Of a stretch of 64,000 nt of DNA, positions 41,280-53,903 are shown one piece after another (position 1 is the stretch's first letter; every line of letters begins with the position of its first letter). Source of the DNA: Callorhinchus milii (lineage: Eukaryota); NCBI RefSeq assembly GCF_018977255.1, contig NW_024704743.1:18044001-18108000 (forward strand). Direction: 5' to 3'. Below the pieces are notes generated by a model. It was not told the origin of the DNA. It did no database searches and saw nothing but the letters and a program-made list of their open reading frames with translations. Both the position numbers and the translations under genes were made by a program.

Positions 41280-42305
41280 GGGGTGGGGTGGGGGTGAGTG
41301 TGGGTGGGGGGGCTGGGGGGGGTCAGGCTGGGGGGGTGTGTGGGTGGGGTGGGGGGGGGTCGGGCTGGGGGTGGGGGGGCTGAGGTTGGGGGCGGGGGTG
41401 GGGGTGAGGGTGGCTAGGGGTGGGGTGGGGGGCCTGGGGGTGGGGGGGGTGGGGTGGTGGGGGGGTCAGGCTGGGGGGTGGCTGGGGCTGGGGGGGGCTG
41501 GGGCTGGGGTGGGGGGCGGTCGGGCTGGGGGGTGGCTGGGGCTGGGGGGGCTGGGGGTGGGGGGGGGGTCAGGCTGGGGGGTGGCTGGGGCTGGGGGGGG
41601 CTGGGGGGGGGGGGGTCAGGCTGGGGGTGGGCTGGGGCTGGGCTGGGCTGGGGTGGGGGGGTCAGGCTGGGGGTGTGTGTGGGTGAGGGTGTGTGTGTGG
41701 GTGGGGGGGGGTCAGGCTGGGGGTGGGCTGGGCTGGGGGGGGGGGTCAGGCTGGGGGGGGGTCAGGCTGGGGGGGGGGTCAGGCTGGGGGGGGGGTCAGG
41801 CTGGGGGTGGGCTGGGCTGGGGGGGGGGGTCAGGCTGGGGGGGGGGGTCAGGCTGGGGGTGGGCTGGGGCTGGGGGGGGCTGGGGTGGGGGGGGGTCAGG
41901 CTGGGGGTGTGTGTGGGTGAGGGTGTGTGTGTGGGTGGGGGGGGGTCAGGCTGGGGGTGGGCTGGGCTGGGGGGGGGGTCAGGCTGGGGGCCAGGCTGGG
42001 GTGGGCTGGGGCTGGGGGGGTGGGGGGGGGGGGGTCAGGCTGGGGGGTGCTGGGGCTGGGGGGGGCTGGGGTGGGGGGGGGGTCAGGCTGGGGGGTGGCT
42101 GGGCTGGGGTGTGTGTGGTGGGGGGGGGTCAGGCTGGGGGTGGGCTGGGCTGGGGTGGGGGGGGGGGTCAGGCTGGGGGGGGGTTCAGGCTGGGGGGGGG
42201 GTCAGGCTAGGGGGTGGCTGGGGGTGGGCTGGGGGTGTGGGGGGGGGGGTCAGGCTGGGGGTGGGTGGGGGGGGGGTCAGGCTGGGGGGGGGGGGGGTCA
42301 GGCTG
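41280..42305 (+). repeat. ~1 kb G-rich minisatellite (GGGGTCAGGCTGGGGG variants)
   Basis: Dozens of G4-G11 runs. It generates the spurious Gly/Trp-rich ORFs. Confidence 0.95.
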
Positions 42306-42429
42306 TCCTGGCAGCGGCACTGAATGCCCGCGGACTCCGCAGGTTTAGGAGCGGCCGCGCACCGAGCAGTGCGGCCCCGAGTCACAGCTTCACTACCGAG
42401 TTTGTCATCTCACCTCTGAGGAGCGTGTG

Positions 42430-42899
42430 ACACACACACAGACACACACACACACAGAGACACACACACACACACACACACAGAGACACACACACACACA
42501 CAGAGACACACACACACACAAACACACACACACAGAGAGACACACACACACACACACACAGAGACACACACACACACACAGAGACACACACACACACACA
42601 CACAGAGACACACACACACACACACAGAGACACACACACACACACAGACACACACACACACAAACAGACACACAGAGACACACACACAGACACACACACA
42701 CACATACAGACACACAGACACACACACACTCAGAGACACACACACATACAGACACACAGACACACACACACACACACTCAGAGACACACACACATACAGA
42801 CACACAGACACACACACACACACACTCAGAGACACACAAACATACAGACCCACACACACACACAGAGACACACACACATACAGACACACACACACACAC

Positions 42900-42946
<47 letters not shown>

Positions 42947-42950
42947 CACA
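42430..42950. repeat. (CA)n/(CAGA)n compound microsatellite
   Basis: Direct inspection. Confidence 0.97.
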
Positions 42951-43613
42951 GTGAGCTCTGTGTGCAGTCTGGGCTTGTTCCTGGTTTGTTTCGGTTAATC
43001 CTGGCCCAGCAAAACTACCGACCTCCCCAGTCCAAGGCCCTGTGAGAGCTGCTGCTCTGACCGGTCGGTCACTGCATTCTCAGCTCTTGTTTTTATTGAG
43101 ACTTTATTACGAAGCGTATCTTATAGTTTTATTTTTACTGCTTTCAGCCACTGCACCCCGAAACTTTGCAACGCTCTTCCTCTCTACCCCTCCGCCTTGC
43201 CCTCTACTTCCCCATCTACAGCCCACAAAACACACAGTCACTACACGCTACAGTGTATCCTGTGAAACACTTTACGATGTCTTGAAGAGGTGATAAGGCG
43301 CTGTATCAAATGCAAGGATTCTTTTTGTTGCAGTCGTTCTTGAAGACCTGTCTCTTCGACTGTGCTTACGGTCACCTTACCCCTTACCTCCGCCCCTCCC
43401 CCCCCCCCCCCCCCCACTCCCTTGGCCGGAGTCGTGCTCCGCCACTGTCAAGCGCTCTGGGATGCTACCCTGTGGGAGGGACGCCGGATAAATGTAACTT
43501 CTTGTGTTGCTTGCTGTGCCGTGTGGTACATCTCTTTTCGACTGTTTATTGAATTAAATAACAAGTCAGTTGCAAAATGTTGAGCACTATTCTTATTTTT
43601 CAGACCCGCAAAA

Positions 43614-44045
43614 ATGTCCAAGTTGAGTGGGAAAGTGCAGACGGTGCTGGGTGTGATCGAGCCCAGCCAGTTGGGTCGGACCCTGACCCACGAGCATTTG
43701 TCTTTGGTTTTCGACTTTTGTTACTCACAACCACCACCTGGTCAAGAGAAGTTCTCTGAAATGCCCATAGCCATCAACAACTTATACTGGCTCAAGCAAA
43801 ACCCCTATTCTCACAAAGTCAACCTGGTGTTGAACGACGAGACCGAAAGTGTTAAGGAGGAGATGTTGCATTTTAAGAAAATGGGTGGTGGCACCATCGT
43901 GGACAACACGACGACAGGGATTCATAGGGACGTCCAGACTCTCAAGCGTCTTTCCCAAGAAACTGGGGTTCACGTTATCGCGGGGGCTGGATACTATGTG
44001 GGCGCGACACATTCTGCTGAAACACTTAACATGACGGTGGAAAAG
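43614..44045 (+). CDS. PTER: Phosphotriesterase-related protein (N-acetyltaurine hydrolase), coding exon 1 (aa 1-144)
   Basis: [13 protein letters not shown]...GRTLTHEHL (metal ligands H26, H28)...[12 protein letters not shown]...AGAGYYV. Acceptor tttttcag ends 43603, ATG at 43614, donor AAG|gtgagc after 44045. 432 nt, phase 0. Confidence 0.97.
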
Positions 44046-44199
44046 GTGAGCGAGTCCCTGCGCACAACGTGGTCAAAATTTGGGTTGTCGGCCAGAAAAG
44101 AAATATTGCAATATTGTGAAATGCAGATTCAGTAATCTTGCTTGTTTTCACCCAATCATGATTTGGGGTTGAGTACAATCAATCTAATTAATAGTGAGC

Positions 44200-44680
44200 A
44201 CACAGCACAGCGTCATCCGAGGTGACAGCCTGGCTCTCGCCTCTGAATCTTACAGTTGTGGGTTCAGGCTTTCATGTAGGGACTTTGAGCTCATGGTCCA
44301 GATTGACACTCCATTACAGTCCAGACTGACACTTCATTGCAGTCCAGACTTCAATGCAGTGCCGGGGCTGTGCTGTATTGCTGGAGTTTCCATCCTTCAG
44401 ATCAGATGTTAAACCAAGGCCCTCTCTGCCTGTTCTGGTGGACATTAAAGATCCCGTTGGACTAGTCGAAAAAAGAAGGGAGTTTCTCCCAGTGTCATGA
44501 CCAACAATAGTTGATGATTCACTTGATGGCTATTTGTTTAACTCTGCTGTGGGCAAATTGGCTACCATATGTGCCTACAAATATATAGTTACTACAATCA
44601 TGTGAATCCTGTGAAATTCTTTAAGATATTTTGATTGATATGATAGGATACCATATAAAATACACGGATTATTATTATTT
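44200..44680 (+). mobile_element. Older Deu-domain SINE (SacSINE1/AmnSINE-like)
   Basis: ctctcgcctctgaat...gtgggttc head; gtgctgtattgctggag...cttcagat.agatgttaaaccaaggccc Deu core. Antisense relatives at ~8420-8720, 10690-10980, 16520-16900, 17240-17660, 28430-28660, 47550-47945; sense at ~54325-54560. Confidence 0.7.
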
Positions 44681-45000
44681 ACGATAAAACTACCTGAGAA
44701 ATTAGGTAACGGAAGTTGGAATCAATGGTTGGGAAGAAAAAATAGACATACAAAACAATGGTTTACAATGCAATATAAATTTACATTTATACAGGAACTT
44801 TCACATTGGTAAGACATCCGAAGGACCTTAGATTTAGGAGCACCTTTCACAATGGGATAATGTCTCAAAATGTTTCACACAATTGACCAGGAGCCCAAGT
44901 TTTGGGGAGGTGTGGGAGAAAGGTAGTCAAAAGTGCAAAGAGATGGATTTTGGTTTGGATTTTTGAGGGCAGGGAGGAAGTGGGGGGGAATTGAGGGAAT

Positions 45001-45689
45001 CACTACCTCACCCCTCACGCTGCTGAAACTCACTACCTCACCCCTCACGCTGCTGAAACTCTGGTCCACCCCTTTATCACCTCAAGGCTGGACTATGGGA
45101 ACTCTCTCCTCGCCGGCCTTCCCGGCACCTCCCTCCACAAGCTGCAGGTCATTCAGAACTCTGCAGCTCGTGTACTGTCCCGCACCAGGCTTCGGGACCG
45201 CATCACTCCCACCCTCGCTCGCCTCCACTGGCTCCCCATCCCCCAGAGGATCGAATTCAAGATCCTCATCCTCACCTACAAGGCCATTCACGGCCTTGCT
45301 CCCTCCTACCTCTCCGACCTATTATCCCCCTACCTACCCGCCCGTACCCTCCGTTCCTCTGGCTCCGGTCTCCTCCACATCCCCCGCCCAACCGCCCTAC
45401 CATCGGTGGCCGGGCCTTCAGCCTCTCAGCCCCTAGGCTCTGGAACTCTATCCCCCAGTGCCTTCGCCGCCTCCTCCCTTTCCTCCTTCAAGGCCGGTCT
45501 CAAGACCTTTCTCTTTGACCGTGCCTTCAGCTCCCCTCTCGACTCTCTACCCCCCTCCTCGCTCCCTCCCTTCCCTCACCCTGACCATTTCCCCCCTGCT
45601 CGGGTCCTGACCCAACTGTACAGCACCTTGGGACATCCTCCCGACGTGAAAGGCGCTCAATAAATGGAATCTTGTTGTTGTTGTTGTTG
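45001..45689 (+). mobile_element. Young L2 nested in an older antisense L2 (PTER intron)
   Basis: [31 protein letters not shown]...[15 protein letters not shown]; (TTG)n tail; possible GAATC target-site duplication; 30-bp tandem duplication at the 5' junction. Confidence 0.92.
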
Positions 45690-46350
45690 AATCTGGGATA
45701 GAGATCCAGAAAATGTGGCTGAAATGGCACCCACCAATGGTGGGACAGAGAGGGCAGAGGACCTGAAGCTGGCCGATGTTTGCCGAACAGAAGGAATGTT
45801 TAGGGCATTTGAATCACAGAGCGAGAGTGAGGCAAGGCCATGGAGGAATTTGAAACCGAGGACGAGAATCTTGAATTCTGAGGTGATGGGGTCCCAGTGG
45901 AGCTCAAAGAGGATGGTGTGAGGAGTTTGCAGAGACATTGGCTGCAGTATTCTGAATGGTCTGCAGGTTGTGTAGGGAGATGCTGGGGGCTATGGTGAGG
46001 AGGACGTTGGAGTAATTGAGCTTGAAAATAATGAAAGAGTAGATGAAGGTTTCAGCAGCCTGGTGGGAGAGGTAAGGTAGTGCAGGCAGGCAATGTTGGG
46101 GAAATCAAAACAGGGAAACCAGAGTAAAGGAGACCCCAGATGTAGGATTTAGAGGATAGTTTGGGGTCAAACAGGACACTGAAGTTCCACACCTGCCGTG
46201 TGAGGTGGGTGAGCACCTGTGTAGGTTGATCTGATCAGCACCTATGGTGAGAAGGTGCTGCTGGAGGATAGCTTCGGTCTTGTCAATGTTGAGCTGTAGA
46301 AAGTTAATACTTATCCAGGACTTGATATCTGAAAGGCAGTCAGTCGGAAA
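45690..46350 (-). mobile_element. Older L2 fragment, host of the nested copy; continues leftward at ~44770-44995
   Basis: Reverse complement gives diverged L2 motifs (dikswis.nflqlnidkteail; lhw.pit..fkilvl). Confidence 0.7.
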
Positions 46351-48100
46351 AGTAAGAGTAGCAAATCAGTTGGCAGAATGTAAGAATGTAAGAAACTGGA
46401 GCAATTTGGCATAGAGGAGACTAATTTTGATGTTCTGGAACTCCAAGGGAGTGACTATTTTATGAGGACTAGTTGGCAAGCTTCCCACTGTTTTTCCAGC
46501 TGAGGCCACCCTACTCATTCGAGCTGCGGTTTGCAGCGTTAACAACAGCTGAGTGGGAAGAGTGACTAGTTTGACTCCAAGTTCTGCTGATGAGCCAAGC
46601 TGGCTGGTCTAGCGTTAGCAGTTCCTTGGAGTACTGTGGACCTCTCTGGCTCAGGGACTGAACCAACAAGTCCACCACAGAGAGCTGACTGAATTTCAAC
46701 CTTCCATTGCTAAGCATATCATCTTGGAGCTAGCTCACTTCCAAGGAAACCTCTTACCCCTCCCTCCCTCCCCCACCCCCACAAGGACGGTCATTAACTA
46801 GTCACTTGAGATCCGACAAGTGCAGGTTTGAACCCTCACAAAGTGGATACCAGGAATTCTACATGAGCTGTCTGGTGAGCAGCACAGCTAAGAATGAAAT
46901 GTGAGAGCATTGCCGTCACACTTCTGCTCACAGCTCGGATCCGCACGTCTACCCATTGAACCATGGTTTCTCCCGTTTAGAAATTAGAAGTTTAAGCAGC
47001 AGCTGCTTTTCTCTCTGCATACTACTTAAGATGGATACCAAGGCTTGTATATATGAATGCGAGTTGACAAACCCGTATGCTGGGTATCGCCTTCCAGCAG
47101 CTGCGTCCCAAACTTCATTAGCTACTCGACAGACGTCTATCTACTGTCAAAGTGGTGAGAAGACCTGTTCAGCTTGTGACGTGCCAGCCATCTGGATGTC
47201 CTAGAAGTTCAAGTCCAATGCCATGTACCAGGCTTACTCAATACTAACTGCTTAATTCAGGTCCTCATGTGAGGGGCTTTGACAAATAGATGTGACATTC
47301 TGTGAAGCTGATTGCCTCCAGGGTGATGATCAGCAATAAGTCAATGTAGGCTGCAGATTTCTCTCCGTGCACTGTGTAACTGGGCTAAATTGACAGATCA
47401 GTTGAGTTCAGATCACCGATGTAGAGGTTTGTAAGATAGAGGTTTGTAAGATAGTTAATAGGATAGTAAAAGTAATGAGAATTGTCAACAGTTGTAGTAA
47501 TAATGTAATAATAATATACAGACTGTATAATAATAGATCCCGTGTCCTAGCATTTGATGTAGCACCTTAGCACACCATCAAGATGTCTCAAACTGCTTCA
47601 TAGGAATTTACTGTAAAGTGTCGTTACTGTGTGTTTTGTAGGTGATCGTAACAATCAATTTGGGTACAGCAATGTCACACAAATAGTCATGAAGTAACAG
47701 ACCATTTTTATCTGGGGAGATTGTTGGCCAGAATACTGGAAGAAAATCTTTTCAAATAGCACTATGAGATTTTTACCATCCACCTGACTTTGGTTTAACG
47801 TTTCAACCAAAGGACAGCACATCTGACAATGCAGCACTTCTCTAGCACTGTATTTGAGTGCCAGCCTAGATTGTGTGCTCAAACTCCCAACTTGGCGCTT
47901 GAACCCGGAACAAGGCTCAGAGATTAGAGTGGAACTGAGTCAGGCACAATGGGAGACCACAAAGGATGGTAGAGGTATAATGGGTGGATTATCTAAGAAA
48001 TAACTTGATGTTGAAATCAGAAGATGGTTGGAGGAGGGGGCTACTCTGGAAGGATGAATTCAATTTGGCCATCGGGCCTTTGTGATTCATACTTACTCGA

Positions 48101-48422
48101 ATAATAATAATAATAATAATCCTTGCATTTGATATAGCGCTTTTCACGTCAGGAGGACGTCCCAAAGCGCTTCACAGAACACACTGTAAAGTGAATTGAC
48201 TATATTTGTGGGCGAACGCGGCAGCCAATTGCGCATAGCAGTGTCCTACAAACAGTCGTAGATTGAAAATGACCAATTTTATTACTGTTTTTGGTTTTGG
48301 AGGGATTATTATTAGGCGTGTGGAGTAAGGAAACTTGCCCAAGGTTTCGCCCTCTGCCTGGAATTGAACTCAGGTCTCTCACTTGCAAAGCAAGTGCTCT
48401 AACCACTGAGCTACAAGACTCC
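48101..48422 (-). mobile_element. Full-length young SINE, short subfamily (PTER intron)
   Basis: Same head, core and tail as 53579-53903, opposite strand. Confidence 0.92.
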
Positions 48423-49578
48423 GAATATCACTGTCAGTAAAAACAAAATTGATTCTTCCTCAAAATTAAACCACAGGATACCATTGACACACTTCACGTT
48501 TCCTCTTCTGTTTTCCATTTTAATCGTTGGCCCACCAGAAATATGAAAGAGGCTCATTTAATAGGGTATAAATATTAAAATCCCTCAACATCTATTCTGT
48601 TTTTCAAAAGTGCAGATTTGTAATATCTGTTCTGTTTAATACGATCATTCAGAAGTCAGACTGATAATTGGTTACCTCCATAACTGTCTAAAGATTTATT
48701 ACTTAATTGATCATTCATGTGCCAAAATGGTTAAATGCAGAACACAAAGTAAAAATGCATTGTTAGGAAGGGAAGAGATCTAGCAATACATTGAAGCACT
48801 TTGAGGTGTCTCAATGATGTGCTAAGGCGCTAAATGCTAATACTAAATGCAGTGAATATTATTATTGGTTCATTACAATGGGGAATGGGTAGAGAAATGA
48901 ATTAACATTGTAGGTCTTCAGTCACTTGCCATTGAAATGCCCAAAATGATGAAATACTATTATATGCTGATCGCTGTAATCAGATGCAAACATGACCACA
49001 ACAGAATGGGATCAGATCTATGATATTGTGCATTTTCCAGCAGGCTTCCAAAATTGTGCAGGACTGTAAGGAAGAGAATGCTTTACAACCACTAGTCCAT
49101 TTTGTCTACTGCAACCTTCAATCAATTGAGAGCAATTATAGTACTAGTTTATTCATATTTGTGTTCATATTTTTTCAGAAGCAGTAAAATTTTTTGTTAT
49201 AAATGTTTTCAAATGCACTATGATAATAGTGCCATTTTGTATTCTATGTGCTCATTCTTACTATTAGACCCATAATCTGTTAATTATACCCTTTGGCACT
49301 TGAGCTCAGTTAATGTAAATGGCCTACGTTTAGCTCTCTGTTAAGTATAGTCCCGAAATATTGCTATCAATATAAAAGGGAATTTGCCCTGAATTACTCT
49401 ACAATTGATTGAACTCTTAATTGATTTTCCAGTTTTTATTGTACACTCTAATGAGTATCCAAAACATTAAAGAATTATCGTTAACTGTCATTGAGTCTTT
49501 TTCAGCAGTATTATGCTATGCACTTACCAGACTGCTCTGGCTAATAGCTAACTTCTTACCGAGTTTGGTTTGTTGCAG

Positions 49579-49844
49579 ATGACAGATGTTCTAGTGAGCG
49601 AAATTCTCCATGGAGCTGATGGAACTGACATCAAATGTGGAGTGATTGGAGAAATCGGCTGCTCATGGCCACTGACTGAGAGCGAGAGGAAAGTTCTTCA
49701 AGCCACAGCTCAGGCACAGGCACAGCTCGGCTGCCCGGTCATCATTCACCCTGGCAGGAATTGTGACGCACCTTCCCAGATCATCCGGCTGTTACAAGAG
49801 GCTGGGGGTGACGTCTCCAAAACAGTCATGTCCCATATAGACAG
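49579..49844 (+). CDS. PTER: PTER coding exon 2 (aa 145-233)
   Basis: ttgcag|[22 protein letters not shown] (E169), VIIHPGRN (H201), MSHIDR (H230); donor AG|gtgagt. 266 nt. Confidence 0.97.
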
Positions 49845-50668
49845 GTGAGTGGAGAAGGTTCTAGACTAAGGACTAGTTGTGAAAGGAAATAGAATTTAAT
49901 TTGTTAGAATTGCTGTCTCAAAAATTAGATGATGTAGGACAGCCATCTAAAAGCAATCTGAATATAATTATGGGTTTGGCCATAGCAGCATAAGAGAAGG
50001 CTGGTTATAAATCTAACATCTGAGATTGAAATAATACAGATATGGTTGAACGCCATTGTAACGAGCTTCCCACCATTGAGATTGAATCAGCTTCTAGTTG
50101 TCAAAGCCCTTCACATGAGGTCCTCAACTAAACAGCAGTTGGTGCTGAGTAAGCAAGGAACATGGCCCACAAGAACATCAAGCTGGCTGGCACATCACCA
50201 ACTGTCTTGTAAAGGACTACCTAACTCTGAAGGCAGATGTCAGTTGAATAACTGATGAGGAAACTCTGAGACTTGTTTGAAGGCATTACCTGGATTGTGG
50301 GTTTGTGAACATATGTTTATATATCCAGGGCTTTGTATCCACCTTGATTGATATGAAGAGAGATAAGCAGCTCCCTGCTCATGCTCCACTTCTAAGTGGT
50401 GGAACCACACTTCAATGGGTAGGGATCTGCTTCCAAGCTGTAGACAGGAAGATGGTGGCAGTGCTCCCAACACATTTTATGCTGAGCGGAGCTGCTCACC
50501 AGGAAGCTTGCAAAGAGTTCCTGCCTAGTGAGGGCTCAAACCTGCTCTTGTTAGATGACAAATAACCAACTAGTGATTATTCTCCTGGGGCGGAGGGAAT
50601 GTACATAGGGTCTCCTTGGGGCTGAAATTGCAGCAAGATGCTTGGCAATGAAAAATCACAATCATCTG

Positions 50669-50906
50669 TAATAATAATAATAATAATAATCCTTGCATTT
50701 GATATAGCGCTTTTCACGTCGGGAGGACGTCCCAAAGCGCTTCACAGAACACACTGTAAAGTGAATTGACTGTATATTTGTGGGCGAATGCGGCAGTCAA
50801 TTGCGCACAGCAATGTCCCACAAACAGTCGTAGATTGAAAATGACCAATTTATTATTGGTTTTGGAGGGATTATTATTAGGCGTGTGGAGTAAGGAAACT
50901 TGCCCA
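50669..50906 (-). mobile_element. 5'-truncated young SINE, short subfamily
   Basis: Tail and core match; stops at ggaaacttgcccaa. Similar truncated copies at 2771-2980, 21708-21810 and 29946-30191. Confidence 0.9.
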
Positions 50907-53578
50907 ACTTCTACTGTATATATATACAGTAGAAGAATACTTGTATATTATCTATAAGATTATAGTAATAATCCATCGCATTCATTCTAGCAGGATCAGA
51001 TTTGCTGTAGGACTGTTAAACCTGCTTATTTGCCTACAAAAAAAACACCCTTGTTCACCCACAAAAACACAGTCATTGCACATTACATTGTATCTTGTGA
51101 AGAGCTTTGGGATGCCTGCCCGATGTGAAAGGCGCAAATGTAAGGATTATTATTATCATTAATGTACTCATCTTTCAATTTAAAATGTGCATTATGCTTC
51201 ACAGATTTTCCAGAATTGCAAACTTCTTCACTTCAAGGATTATCATTTAGAAAGTATTTTTACTTCATGCCATTGATTATTCCATTAGTATCTGAGGTTA
51301 TTGCAATATATATATTCCTATGGGCTTGATAATTTCATTTTTCAGTAAGCCATATATATGGTGCTACTTTTTATGTAGAACTAACTATCTACATAATGGA
51401 GTATTATGATGATCATGGAATTCAATATTCTGTAGGGCTGAGCACTAAATAAAACTTGCAATCTGCATCATGTCACTTTTATGGTTTATTCCAGCTTTCA
51501 GGTTCTTAGATCATCTTATATCCCTCTGCCTAAAGTAGCAATGGCAATGAGAGTCCATGAATAGACCCAAAGTAGACCTGCTCAAGCACAGTGTAATTCT
51601 TGCTCATTTCATTATTTGCCAATTCAATTCCGTTGATCTGATGAGCCCTTTATCCACTAAAGTATGTTGTTTTTCTTTTAATTGCTCCGGGACACTACCC
51701 CACGTGAAGGGCGCTTTATAAATGCAAGTTGTTGTTGTTAAGAGTTTAATTCCAGGTACTCTCAGAAAAGCTGTCGGGAGTTTCTTAGCATTGAACTTGG
51801 CATGGTTCGAAGCATCCTGCTCATCATGGTTGACGATATAAAGTACCTTACATTTACAAGAACCGTATGGCTGATCTCATAGCAACTCACTCCACATAAG
51901 TAAATGATTGTAAATTATACGCTGCTGCTGGTAGAGCTGATAAAGTTGCCAAGCTGAAAAGAAAAAGATAACTTATCTTATTTGCCTTATCATCTCGACA
52001 TGTTTCAAAGCTCTTTACAATAAAGAGGCTCTGTTTCATCAAAAGCATGTTCACTGGGTAAGAGGAAACCTCTAATCTTATAGATTTCCAGCAGTTGCGT
52101 AATCGACAATAAAACTAATTAGGCCTAATATTCATATCAAGTAGTAAGAATGAACTGGACAATTGTCCAGTACAATTCTCTAGTGAGTAATTTTGTAAAT
52201 ATTCGGCACTTGATTGAGGTGCCCGCAGCAAGCTTTGCATGTATTTTAAGTGTGTGTGTGTGTGTCTGTGTCCACTCTGTGTACAGTGTATTGCATGGTG
52301 TCCTGCTTGTTTCAGCAGAGCACTATTGTGTGATTCCATCCATGGGGCTGCTAGAGATCATCACTAGGTACAGAAAGACAAGGGATCTACTGGCAAAGGC
52401 CAGGGGATGCTACAGCTGCAGTTGGCAGAAGGTAGTGAAGGTAGTCTGGGGGAACGATGCGATCAATGGGCCAAATTACGCCTTTGCATTTCTTGTGCTC
52501 TATAGGTCGGGCATCATCAGTACTGTGGCTGAGGACTGTAAGTAGAGTCCACCTGACACAGCAATCTTTGGCAGATCCCACTCCCATTCAGCAGTCAATT
52601 TTTTTTTAAGACCTAGCTTGTCCCTCATGCCGTCTATTCCACCATCGGTGGCCATGCTTTCAGTCACTACGCCCCAAAACTCTGGAACTCTCTCCCTCAA
52701 TCTCTCCGCCTTGCCCCCTCCCTCCCCACCTACGGTCACCTCCCTTCTCCGCCGTGGGCTCAGCATTGTCCTCTGCCACTGTCAAGCGCTCTGGAACCAT
52801 ACCCCGTGTGAATGCCGCTATATAAATGCAAGTTGTTGTTAGAAACTGAGAGAACAAATTAGTCTGTGATAATAAATACTTAAACATCAATACCACAAAC
52901 GTCACTGGCTTTATTTTTGTCTTTTGCGTATCATAGAATGTTTACAATATTTAAATGCTACAGAGAAACATTTGAACAGGTCATTTCAAGTTGCTATCTT
53001 CGATGAATAGAAAATCCTACAGTGCATTTTTAAACTGCGTTGTGTTTTATTTACCTTACGATGATCCCAGTTATTGATGTTAACCCATATGTTCTTCTAA
53101 CTTATGTTTTTGGTGTTTTCCCTTTCTCTCTCTTCACTCCCCCTCTCACCCCCACAATTCTTTTGAATTTGAGTTCATATTTGAATCTTCAACTGCTTGA
53201 TGCTGTTTGTTACCTCAATCACGTAATGACCATTTATCATGTGGGGCCTCCTAATGTAGATTCATGTCGAAGGTTTTTTGTCCCATTTCCAACTGAATAT
53301 AAAATGCATCATTGTTGGGGAAAACTTTTTGTCTTGTTACATACTACCTATATCGGCATAGACATTCTTTTGACTTAAGTATTCAAATTGATTTAAAGTA
53401 CTTTATTTCCATTGCACTCACTTTACTCTGTTGGCATAGATTCAGCCAGGCATAGTATGCGTGTAATGTAACTGCACAAAAGCTACTTTAGTATTATATG
53501 GGCTGACACTTGCTTTAAAATCTATACTAACTTTATGCATTTAATTTCCCCATTGAAAATCTCACCTTATTTTAATAA

Positions 53579-53903
53579 GGAGTCCTGTAGCTCAGTGGTT
53601 AGAGCACTCGCTTTGCAAGCGGGAGACCTGAGTTCAATTCCAGGCGGAGGGCGAAACCTTGGGCAAGTTTCCTTACTCCACACAGAGCCTAATAATAATC
53701 CCTCCAAAACCAAAACAATAATAAATTGGTCATTTTCAATCTACGACTGTTTGTGGGACATTGCTGTGCGCAATTGGCTGCCGCGTTCGCCCACAAATAT
53801 ACAGTCAATTCGCTTTACAGTGTGTTCTGTGAAGCGCTTTGGGACGTCCTCCCGACGTGAAAAGCGCTATATCAAATGCAAGGATTATTATTATTATTAT
53901 TAA
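53579..53903 (+). mobile_element. Full-length young SINE, short subfamily: tRNA-Ala head, Deu-like core, L2-type tail
   Basis: A box TAGCTCAGTGG, anticodon arm ctcgc-ttTGCaa-gcggg, B box GAGTTCAATTC, core gtgggacattgctgtgcgcaattggctgccgcgtt, stem-loop 53833-53868, (ATT)n tail. Confidence 0.92.

Noticed and set aside
41269..42954. Long Gly/Trp-rich and Cys/Val or Thr/His ORFs
   Set aside because: Translations of the G-rich minisatellite and (CA)n tract; stop-free because of low complexity.
53579..53650. tRNA-Ala(TGC)-like sequence
   Set aside because: No proper acceptor stem; it continues into a SINE core and tail and recurs in many diverged copies. It is a SINE head.
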